A program made the translations under genes and the position numbers. This document shows positions 18,385 through 25,895 of a DNA stretch of 64,000 bases, one piece after another. The notes beneath the pieces are model-generated. The model saw nothing but the letters and a program-made list of their open reading frames with translations, was not told where the DNA came from and ran no database searches. The stretch spans positions 29,872 to 93,871 of the forward strand of contig CALXBC010000003.1 in NCBI GenBank assembly GCA_944386455.1. The letters run 5' to 3'. Each line of letters opens with the position of its first letter. Position 1 is the first letter of the stretch. This stretch comes from an uncultured Clostridia bacterium (GTDB lineage Bacteria > Bacillota > Clostridia > Oscillospirales > Ruminococcaceae).

Positions 18385-18697
18385 TTTTGTTGGAACAAAC
18401 CCCTTGTTGCTGCCGTGGATTCTGGCGTGGACGGGAATTGCGGCCGCTGCGGTATTGGGTGTGTTCGGAGCCGTAATGCTGCGAAAGACAGGCCGCCGCG
18501 CCAAAGGCGGGATCAATCTGGCGGCTGCTGTGTTTGCAGTTTTGTTTTATCTTTGGATGCTGTTTGGAACCGAAGAGGGTGTGATCTGCTGCCGTCCTGT
18601 CTGGCAGACGGTCCTGCTGTACGGCTGGGTGCTGCTGCCGCTGATTGGCTTTCTTTGGGACAGTATCCGGATTCTGCTGATGGATCGGAAGAAATAA
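18374..18697 (+). CDS. Small integral membrane protein (about 107 aa, 3 TM)
   Basis: ATG 18374 overlaps the polyferredoxin stop codon. The sequence is hydrophobic: MLTDFVGTNPLLLPWILAWTGIAAAAVLGVF... Confidence 0.5.
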   Translation: MLTDFVGTNPLLLPWILAWTGIAAAAVLGVFGAVMLRKTGRRAKGGINLAAAVFAVLFYLWMLFGTEEGVICCRPVWQTVLLYGWVLLPLIGFLWDSIRILLMDRKK

Positions 18698-18730
18698 TAC
18701 AAATCGTATCAGAAAGAGAGAAGTATACAA

Positions 18731-20182
18731 ATGGGAAGGATTAATGGACGCGCGGCAGCACTGGCAGCTGCGGCTTTCCTTTTTCTGGCGGGCTGCGACG
18801 GCACTGTTTCGGCAGACCTGCCTCTGTCATCCAGTACAGGAATAGCGGATACCAGCTCCGTGCAGTCTGTGGCGTTCCAGCAGCAATCAGCGCCATCGGA
18901 GTCTTTGAATTCCTCTGTCCCGCAGGAACCGCCGCAGTCCTCTTCAGCTGTCATCAGTCCATCGGTGCAGGCCAAGGACGAGATCCTCGGTTCCCTGCGA
19001 AAAAAGCTGGACGATGCTTCACAAAAGCGGCTGGACAAGTCTTTTCTGGATTGGGTGGAAAAGCAGTATGGGCAGGAGTGCCTGTTTGCGCTGCGGGACA
19101 AGCTGTCCGGCGGAACGTGGGAGAAGGAAGACTGGCACCGTCTGACGGGAAATACATTTATTGTGCTTTGGGACGCCTATTCCGGAGTTGCAAAAAATGA
19201 TACGGTACGGACGGTCCCGGATACAGAGAATGGTTCTCTGGTGATTGAGATCACCGGCGACGTTTCGCTGGCAGACAACTGGAAGATCATGCCGGCCTAT
19301 GACCAGCGGAACAAGGGGCTGGCAGGCATTCTCTCGGAGCCTACGATCGCAGAATTGCGGAGCGCGGACATTCTGCTGGTAAACAGCGAGTTTACCTTCA
19401 GTGAGCGCGGGACGCCGATCCCGAAAAAAATGTATACCTTTCGCGCCCATCCGTCGCGGGTCAGCATCTATCATGAGATGGGGGTTGATCTGGTCTCGCT
19501 GGCCAATAATCACGCCTTTGATTACGGAGAGGACGCGTTTTATGACACGCTTGACACCCTGAAGCAGGCAGATATCCCCTATATGGGCGGCGGCAAAAAT
19601 CTGGATGAAGCCATGCGGCCGGTCTATTTTCTGGCAAACGGCCGGAAGATCGCCTTTGTGGCCGCGACCAGGGCAGAGAAGAATATTCTGACGCCCGAGG
19701 CAGGAAAGGACACGCCCGGCGTACTGCGAACCTATAATACCAAGCGGTTTCTGGAAGTCATCCGACAGGCGCGGGAAAAAAGCGATATCGTGATCGCCTA
19801 TGTGCACTGGGGACGGGAAGGCTCCCATTCTCTGGAGAAGGAACAGATCAAACAGGGACGGGAATTTATCGATGCCGGGGCGGATATCGTGGTGGGCGCG
19901 CATGCTCATGTATTACAGGGAGTAGAATTTTACAAAGGGAAACCGCTCGTATATAATTTGGGCAATTTTATCTTCAATGCAAAGACGATGGACACGGGAA
20001 TCCTGAAAATACATCTGGATCAAAACGGCGGGCTTTCCTATGAATTTGTCCCTGCGGTTCAGAAGGACTGTTATACGCAGATCGTGGACGGGACAGAGCG
20101 GGAGAGAATTTTGAAATTCATGGAAAAAATCTCGATTGATACCACATTTGGCAGTGACGGCTATTTCAAGCCGAAAAAATAG
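18731..20182 (+). CDS. CapA/PgsA-family metallophosphatase-fold lipoprotein
   Basis: Lipobox FLFLAGC. EITGDVSLADNW, LVSLANNHAFDYG and GAHAHVLQG motifs. Confidence 0.85.
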   Translation: MGRINGRAAALAAAAFLFLAGCDGTVSADLPLSSSTGIADTSSVQSVAFQQQSAPSESLNSSVPQEPPQSSSAVISPSVQAKDEILGSLRKKLDDASQKRLDKSFLDWVEKQYGQECLFALRDKLSGGTWEKEDWHRLTGNTFIVLWDAYSGVAKNDTVRTVPDTENGSLVIEITGDVSLADNWKIMPAYDQRNKGLAGILSEPTIAELRSADILLVNSEFTFSERGTPIPKKMYTFRAHPSRVSIYHEMGVDLVSLANNHAFDYGEDAFYDTLDTLKQADIPYMGGGKNLDEAMRPVYFLANGRKIAFVAATRAEKNILTPEAGKDTPGVLRTYNTKRFLEVIRQAREKSDIVIAYVHWGREGSHSLEKEQIKQGREFIDAGADIVVGAHAHVLQGVEFYKGKPLVYNLGNFIFNAKTMDTGILKIHLDQNGGLSYEFVPAVQKDCYTQIVDGTERERILKFMEKISIDTTFGSDGYFKPKK

Positions 20183-20222
20183 AAAGACTGTCCGGCAGCT
20201 GTTATCGGCTGTTGGACAGTCT

Positions 20223-20445
20223 CAGTCTGTAGAAAAAGGGGTAAAAAATAAAAAATCGTCACGCAGGCGGACATGCGCCGCCTGCGTGACACCTTGAGAG
20301 AAAACCGGCGGAGAGCAGAGACAAAGTCTTCTGCGGAGCCGGTTTTCGACTGAAAAAGGGGAGTCGGGAGAAAAACGCAGAACAAGGCTTTGCCGCAGTG
20401 ATTGTGTTTGTCCCTTGAGAGCGTGTCGACTTTTTCGGCACGCTC
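20223..20445 (-). repeat. 223-nt structured intergenic element, copy B
   Basis: Same orientation as copy A. Perfect 13-bp hairpin GTCACGCAGGCGG-acatgcg-CCGCCTGCGTGAC with a T-run on the minus strand. It begins 27 nt after the stop codon of the TPM-domain gene. Confidence 0.85.
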
Positions 20446-20471
20446 AGTCTTTTTGTTTTTCTGATAACGCC

Positions 20472-21284
20472 TCAGAAGCTGCGGCCGCCTCCGCCGTGAC
20501 CGCCGCCCCCGCCGCTGCGACCGCCGCCGGAGGAACTTCCTCCGCTGTGAGAGGATGTGTCGATATGGCGGGTCACCAGCGTGCGGTTGATGAACTGGTC
20601 ATCCGAGCGTGTAAGCTGGAGTCTGCTCTGCTGGCGGAACGGATAGGGCACCGTCTTTTCCTTCCGGTTATAAACAAGATAAACAGCCAGAAAGACGGCA
20701 CCTGCGGCTGCCAGCGGTACAATAACTGCAATCAGGATCTCAACGGGCTGATAGCCGTGGAACACCACCATGGTATCGGTAACAGGATCATACCGTTCCG
20801 TGAAGCCGTCGGCTCCTCTGACACCACCGAGCGCGTATCGCTCTGCGCTGTCCAGGAACGCTGCCGCTGATTCATAGTAATATCCGTCCGGCAGATACTC
20901 AAATATGTCGTCCAGCATGTCTTCGATATGGTCTTCATATAACCCGATCGCATACCCGTCGGTGGAAATATAGGCTTCTCTGTTGTCCATGTCGATCAGC
21001 AAAACCGCGCCGCTGTTTTGCTCACCGGTTCCAAAGCCGTGACTGTCGTAAAACTCATCTGCATAATACTTTGCGGTGTGTCCGCCGGCGTCATTGGTCG
21101 TCACAACTGCAAAATCGAGTCCGGTGCTTTCCCTTACCCGTGCGATCTGCTCCCGCAGCTGCTGCGCTTCTTCAACGGTAAAGAGAGACGCATCGTCATA
21201 CACCCGTTCACCGCTGTCAGCCGCAGCTGTCGGCAGGATCAGCAGAAGCGCCGGCAGCAGAAAAAAGAACAAGCGTTTTCTCAA
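20472..21284 (-). CDS. TPM-domain (YgcG/YdjH-like) membrane protein with Gly-rich tail
   Basis: Signal peptide, RVYDDASLFTVEEAQQL (TPM domain), a transmembrane helix, and C-terminal SSHSGGSSSGGGRSGGGGGHGGGGRSF. The likely TTG start forms a TTGA overlap with the upstream stop codon. Confidence 0.8.
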   Translation of the reverse strand: MRKRLFFFLLPALLLILPTAAADSGERVYDDASLFTVEEAQQLREQIARVRESTGLDFAVVTTNDAGGHTAKYYADEFYDSHGFGTGEQNSGAVLLIDMDNREAYISTDGYAIGLYEDHIEDMLDDIFEYLPDGYYYESAAAFLDSAERYALGGVRGADGFTERYDPVTDTMVVFHGYQPVEILIAVIVPLAAAGAVFLAVYLVYNRKEKTVPYPFRQQSRLQLTRSDDQFINRTLVTRHIDTSSHSGGSSSGGGRSGGGGGHGGGGRSF

Positions 21285-22339
21285 AACAGCCACCCCGCAA
21301 TCAGGAGAATGGCGGATAGAATCACAAAGATCCCGCCGCAAAGTGCAGACAGCTTGCCGAAGCTCACGGGCAGTCTGCCAAAAACCGTTCCGGTCTGTCC
21401 GTTCATAGCATAATAATAGGTTTTTCCGTTACTGCCCTGATAGGTCAGCACCCAAACCGGCAGCAGTGTATAATCCCAGTTTTCATTGAAAAAATGCGCG
21501 CCTGAATTGAGAGGCGTAACAGATGTATAGCCCTGCACCGTATCAAGCAGGAGCTGGCGGCTGTAAATGTTGACGTCGTTTACCACTTCCTGCTGCAGTT
21601 CTTCCCGCTCGATGTCCCGCTTTTCAGCCTGAAAGCCCGAAAGATAGGGCATCGAAAACCCGATCAGATCAGATGACTGAAAGGGCTGAACGCTTTCGAC
21701 CAGTCCCTTGTTGGCTTTTTTCAGTGCAGATTTGATGACGTCCTCAAAGTGAATATTGCCCTCGCGGGTGAGCATATAATGACTTGTTTCAATGTACTCT
21801 GTGTTGCCGGAGCGCCATCTGCGGACCCTTTCAGCCTTAGCGGTCAATGACCCGGCAACGTCGCAGTCTACCAGCCAATAAGGGAAATAAACGCCTGTCA
21901 GCTTTTCGATTTGCTTTTTGGAAAAGAAATGTTTGGGGACAAACCACTTCTTTCTTGTCCAGGCCATAAACCGTTCCATCGCTTCTTCGCGGCTGATTTT
22001 AAATGGAATCAGCTTATGGGGCATAAATTTGCCCTCCAGCCTTCCGGCCAGTACAACGGGATTATGACAGTAAAAACAATAGGTTGCCGCAGTTGTAGCA
22101 TCCACTGTGATCTCTGCGCCGCAGCTTGGGCAGGAATAAACCGCCGCTCCGGTGTCTGCGGAGACGGTCGGTGCCTCCGCGCCCTGTGCAGTATCATCGG
22201 AAGCGGATGCAGGCTGTCCTGCTTCCAGCTCTGTCTGGGTAAAGCTGCCCTGACAATAATTACAGACAAACCGCTGGGTTTCAGGATCAAAAGTCAGCTC
22301 TGCATCACAGTTGGGGCATTTAAAGGTAACAACACTCAT
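21281..22339 (-). CDS. Double zinc-ribbon membrane protein (YdjG-like)
   Basis: FKCPNCDAELTF...FVCNYCQG and YSCPSCGAEI...YCFYCHNPV ribbons, plus a C-terminal transmembrane helix. Confidence 0.75.
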   Translation of the reverse strand: MSVVTFKCPNCDAELTFDPETQRFVCNYCQGSFTQTELEAGQPASASDDTAQGAEAPTVSADTGAAVYSCPSCGAEITVDATTAATYCFYCHNPVVLAGRLEGKFMPHKLIPFKISREEAMERFMAWTRKKWFVPKHFFSKKQIEKLTGVYFPYWLVDCDVAGSLTAKAERVRRWRSGNTEYIETSHYMLTREGNIHFEDVIKSALKKANKGLVESVQPFQSSDLIGFSMPYLSGFQAEKRDIEREELQQEVVNDVNIYSRQLLLDTVQGYTSVTPLNSGAHFFNENWDYTLLPVWVLTYQGSNGKTYYYAMNGQTGTVFGRLPVSFGKLSALCGGIFVILSAILLIAGWLF

Positions 22340-22369
22340 TTGGATTGTCACGCTCCATCAATCAAAATC

Positions 22370-23731
22370 TCATTTCATATCGCTTACATCGATCGGATCT
22401 CCGCAGTTGGGACAAAACTTTGGGGCAGGCTGTCCGGCAGGCGGCTCGAAACCGCATTTCGCACATTTTATCTGCTGCGGCTTTGGTTTGCCGCAGTTGG
22501 TGCAGAATTTGCCGTTGTTCTGCATGCCGCAGGAGCAGGTCCAGCTGTTTTCCTGCGGCTTCGGCTTGCCGCAGTTGGTGCAGAATTTGCCGTTGTTCTG
22601 CGTGCCGCAGGAACAAGTCCAGCCGCCTTCCTGCTGAGGCTTCGGCTTGCCGCAGCTGGTGCAGAATTTGCTGTTGTTCCGTGTCCCGCAGGAACAGGTC
22701 CAGCCATTTGCAGCGGCCTGCTGTGCCTGCTGCTGCATCTGTTGCTGATTGGATGCGGAAGCCGCTGCGACAAAGCCGCCGCCCGCATTCATCCCGATTC
22801 CCATTCCCATAAATCCGGCCATACTGCCGTTGGGGTTGGAACCGGCCGCTTCCATTCCGCGGGCGACCGCACCCTGGACATATCCCTCACGGACAGCCGC
22901 GTCGCCCAGCATAGCGCCCTGATTGCGCATATTGATGAGCTTGGTGGATTCCTCATCATAGGATATACTGGCGATACCGACGGCCTGGATCTGCATTCCG
23001 CGGTTCTTCATCCAATCCTCGTCGAGAATGTCCCGCATGTATTTGCTCAATTCCCGTCCCTTGGACGCGACATAGGAAATGCGGGTGCCGTCAGCAGACA
23101 TCTGATTGATGGCGGACTGCAAAGCCTCTAAAAACTCAGAAAGATACTGCGTGTTGATGTCATTGATATCGACGCGGTCCATATTGCGCGGGATGGCTTC
23201 AGCAAAAAACAGCAGCGGATTCTCAATGGTGATGGAATAGCTGCCGTGTGCCCGGAGAAACAGCTCGGCATTATAAAAGTTATCGAAGTAGTTGATTGGA
23301 TTGCGGGTGCCAAATTTGATCCCCTTGATTTCCTGAAGGTTGATATAGCAGACCTTTTGCGCGGTCGGCGTCACACCGCCGTACCGGATACGGTTGAAAG
23401 CCTCTTTGAGCGAATCCCCGAATTTTCCGTTGAACATTGAGGGAAGGGAAGAATTGTCAACGGTGTAATAGCCTTCCTCAGCGGTATAATCGACGACTTT
23501 GCCCCCGTCTATCAGCATCATAAACTGGTTGGGATAAACGTGGACGACCGATCCGTTGGAAACCGTGTTTTCGGTGCCTTTTCGGTTGGAGCCGCGCTTG
23601 TCGTCCCTGCGGACCTTGACGCCGGTGGTAAAGACCGTGGTGTCACTCATTTCGTCCGGTTCGATCACCTCGAGCCACTGATCCGCCAGGTTGCCGCCAA
23701 TGGCACTGGTCAATGCTTTGATAATTCCCAT
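22370..23731 (-). CDS. SPFH/band-7-like protein (YdjI / COG4260 'virion core protein-like') with four C-terminal zinc ribbons
   Basis: MGIIKALTSAIGGNLADQWLEVIEPDEMSD... N-terminus typical of the family. The tail carries three copies of WTCSCGxxNNxKFCTxCGKPKPQ, then KCAKCGF...FCPNCG. Confidence 0.8.
   Translation of the reverse strand: MGIIKALTSAIGGNLADQWLEVIEPDEMSDTTVFTTGVKVRRDDKRGSNRKGTENTVSNGSVVHVYPNQFMMLIDGGKVVDYTAEEGYYTVDNSSLPSMFNGKFGDSLKEAFNRIRYGGVTPTAQKVCYINLQEIKGIKFGTRNPINYFDNFYNAELFLRAHGSYSITIENPLLFFAEAIPRNMDRVDINDINTQYLSEFLEALQSAINQMSADGTRISYVASKGRELSKYMRDILDEDWMKNRGMQIQAVGIASISYDEESTKLINMRNQGAMLGDAAVREGYVQGAVARGMEAAGSNPNGSMAGFMGMGIGMNAGGGFVAAASASNQQQMQQQAQQAAANGWTCSCGTRNNSKFCTSCGKPKPQQEGGWTCSCGTQNNGKFCTNCGKPKPQENSWTCSCGMQNNGKFCTNCGKPKPQQIKCAKCGFEPPAGQPAPKFCPNCGDPIDVSDMK
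22479..22715 (-). repeat. Three tandem 78-81-nt coding repeats (zinc-ribbon modules) inside the SPFH gene
   Basis: GGCTT(C/T)GG(C/T)TTGCCGCAG(T/C)TGGTGCAGAATTTGC(C/T)GTTGTTC... recurs three times head to tail. Confidence 0.85.
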
Positions 23732-23824
23732 GCTACATTCCTCCTGTTGAAGGTTATTTTTGGCCTGCTTCCATTATAGCCTGTGACCGTGTGAAATGTC
23801 AATAATTGAGCAGCGGTATGATTG

Positions 23825-23905
23825 AAAAAAGCCGGTGTTAAGCATGCGCAAAACACCGGCTTTTTCGACAGAATGAGGCAGGACAGCTGTTAGCTGTCCT
23901 GCCTT
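23825..23905 (-). terminator. Two tandem hairpins downstream of hsp20
   Basis: AGGCAGGACAGCTgttAGCTGTCCTGCCT, then GCCGGTGTT...AACACCGGC flanked by A and T runs. Confidence 0.7.
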
Positions 23906-23916
23906 ATTGCTTTCCA

Positions 23917-24348
23917 TCAATCGATCGAAATGGATTTGGTTTCTTTCTTTTTGCCCTCTTGTTTCGGCAGAGTCAGGGTCAGAATTCCGTTCTTGTAGGA
24001 AGCAGTGATTTTGTCCTCGCAGACGTCGGAAATATCAAAGCTCCTTGCATATGAACCGTAATGGCGCTCCCGCCGTACAAAGTCCTTGCGCTCTTCTTTG
24101 GTTTCGCCGTTGTGCTCGGCGCGGACAGTCAGGTAATCGCCGTCGATATCGATGTGGATATCCTCTTTGTCAAAGCCCGGAAGTTCCGCTTCCAGAATGT
24201 AACGGTCACCTTTATCCAGCACATCGGTGCGAAATCCTGCAAAAGCTTTGCTCATGTCGGGAAAGTCCCCGAAAAAGTTACGGTCAAAATCATCAAACGC
24301 TCTCATAAAATTTCTATCATGACGTCCAAACGGCATTAAATCAAACAT
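23917..24348 (-). CDS. Hsp20/alpha-crystallin small heat-shock protein
   Basis: 143 aa. DVLDKGDRYILEAELPGFDKEDIHIDIDGDYLTV... and GILTLTLPK are alpha-crystallin domain hallmarks. Confidence 0.92.
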   Translation of the reverse strand: MFDLMPFGRHDRNFMRAFDDFDRNFFGDFPDMSKAFAGFRTDVLDKGDRYILEAELPGFDKEDIHIDIDGDYLTVRAEHNGETKEERKDFVRRERHYGSYARSFDISDVCEDKITASYKNGILTLTLPKQEGKKKETKSISID

Positions 24349-24533
24349 ATCAATTCCTCCTCAATTTTTATCAATGTGTTGTTCCGTTATCATTTATTTT
24401 CCCGGCGGTTACAGCCGGAAAGCTTTTTTGACCAGCCCATGCTGACCATCTTCTTTCTTTTTTCTTTTTATGCTTTTATTATAGTCCGATTCTGTTAAAA
24501 ATCAACACATAAAATATGATTTATTTGTAAACG

Positions 24534-24560
24534 TTAGCACTTGCATTGCGTGAGTGCTAA
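24534..24560. promoter_or_regulatory. CIRCE (HrcA operator) inverted repeat upstream of hsp20
   Basis: TTAGCACTT-gcattgcgt-GAGTGCTAA compared with the consensus TTAGCACTC-N9-GAGTGCTAA: 17 of 18 arm positions match and the spacer is exactly 9 nt. Confidence 0.8.
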
Positions 24561-24598
24561 AAGTAAAGCAAATAAAAAAGACAGGCTATCCTGCCTTT

Positions 24599-25060
24599 TT
24601 ATTTTCCTTTGGCTCTGAGCGCAGCAAAAAAGCGGGATAAAACAGTGCCGCATTCTTCCTCAAGGATACCGCTTTTCAGAATCGGCCGGTGATTAAATCC
24701 CATTTCAAACAGATTGACCACCGAGCCGCAGGCACCGGCTTTATCATCTTTGGCGCCGTAGACAACACGGTCAAGCCGGGCGTTGATGATTGCACCCGCG
24801 CACATAGGACAGGGCTCAAGTGTAACATAAAGGGTGCAGCCGTGCAAGCGCCAGCTTCCCGCCGCACGGCAGGCAGCCTCAATGGCAGACAGCTCGGCAT
24901 GTGCGGTCGCACTGTGCCCGGCTTCCCGCTGATTATAGCCGCGGGCAATGATATTGCCGTCTTTTACGATGACAGCACCCACCGGAACATCCCCGGCGGC
25001 GGCAGCCTTTTCGGCGAGCCGCAGTGCTTCCCGCATAAAGGCTTCGTCTTCGTAAATCAT
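24599..25060 (-). CDS. tadA: tRNA-specific adenosine(34) deaminase
   Basis: HAELSAIEAA and TLEPCPMCAGAI zinc-binding motifs. 153 aa. Confidence 0.93.
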   Translation of the reverse strand: MIYEDEAFMREALRLAEKAAAAGDVPVGAVIVKDGNIIARGYNQREAGHSATAHAELSAIEAACRAAGSWRLHGCTLYVTLEPCPMCAGAIINARLDRVVYGAKDDKAGACGSVVNLFEMGFNHRPILKSGILEEECGTVLSRFFAALRAKGK

Positions 25061-25788
25061 GGCAGTATCCTTTCTTCTGCAAATGCTGTTGACGGCAGCT
25101 CATACAAATAGCTGCGGCCCTGTTTCCCGATTCGGACTGTCAGGCCGAGACCAGACAGCAGATTGAGCACCAGCTGAGCGGTAGAAAGCGCACAGCCGGC
25201 AGCCTTGGCATAATCGCGCGAGACAAACTGTTTGGGCAGGCAGGCGGGCAGAAACCTTTGGTAGTCTTTTGGTGAGCAGAACCACCATTCATCCAGCAGC
25301 CTGGTTGGGATTTTATCACAGCGGGCTGCTTTTTTATGCGGGTTTTTCTGTTTTGGGTTCAGATAGCGCAGCTCCTCGATTTCCAGCAAAGGAAAGCAAA
25401 ACCGCAGATTCGGATGCCCGAGCAGCTCCCGAATCCGGATCAGTTCCAGAGAAATATCAGCGCGGGGATCCCTGCATGGCGCTCCGCGGGTGTCGGAAAT
25501 TTCGCCGCTGTCCTTGTCGATCCAGCGCAGCCGCCGTTTTTGTACGACAGGATGAACCACTGTGACAGGACAGACCTCTAAAAATGCCGACAGCTTGTCC
25601 TTCAGCCGGGAAAAGTCCGCGGTTTGGATTTCGATGATGCCGTCTTCTCCCACGATGTCAGCGACATAACGCCCAACCGTTATTTCATGGTTGTCAGAAT
25701 GCGGTTCATAATACCGCTTTAGAACGGCGTGCAGGGTTTTCTCACGCAGCGTTCCGACGCCGGATGATGCACGGCTGCCCTTTTGCAC
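25057..25788 (-). CDS. Hypothetical protein with CoiA-like PD-(D/E)xK nuclease-fold N-domain and wHTH-like C-terminus
   Basis: GRYVADIVGEDGIIEIQT resembles the D...E-I-Q core of CoiA-type nucleases. It overlaps the tadA start codon by 4 nt. Confidence 0.4.
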   Translation of the reverse strand: MQKGSRASSGVGTLREKTLHAVLKRYYEPHSDNHEITVGRYVADIVGEDGIIEIQTADFSRLKDKLSAFLEVCPVTVVHPVVQKRRLRWIDKDSGEISDTRGAPCRDPRADISLELIRIRELLGHPNLRFCFPLLEIEELRYLNPKQKNPHKKAARCDKIPTRLLDEWWFCSPKDYQRFLPACLPKQFVSRDYAKAAGCALSTAQLVLNLLSGLGLTVRIGKQGRSYLYELPSTAFAEERILP

Positions 25789-25895
25789 GGCGCAGCAGGC
25801 GGCTTGAAACCGCTCAGGATCGACAGAACCGTAAATGGCAGCCCACTTCCTTTTTTGAAATCATTCGGTTGAGATAATCCGGATGAGCATGGCTG

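Noticed and set aside
20186-20221. Hairpin GACTGTCC...GGACAGTC after the capA-like gene as an intrinsic terminator.
   Set aside because: The stem is good, but no U-tract follows on the plus strand. I kept it only as context for element copy B.
22479-22715. Regularly spaced repeats that could look like a CRISPR array.
   Set aside because: The repeats are contiguous with no spacers, lie in-frame inside a gene, and encode zinc-ribbon modules. No cas genes are present in the window.
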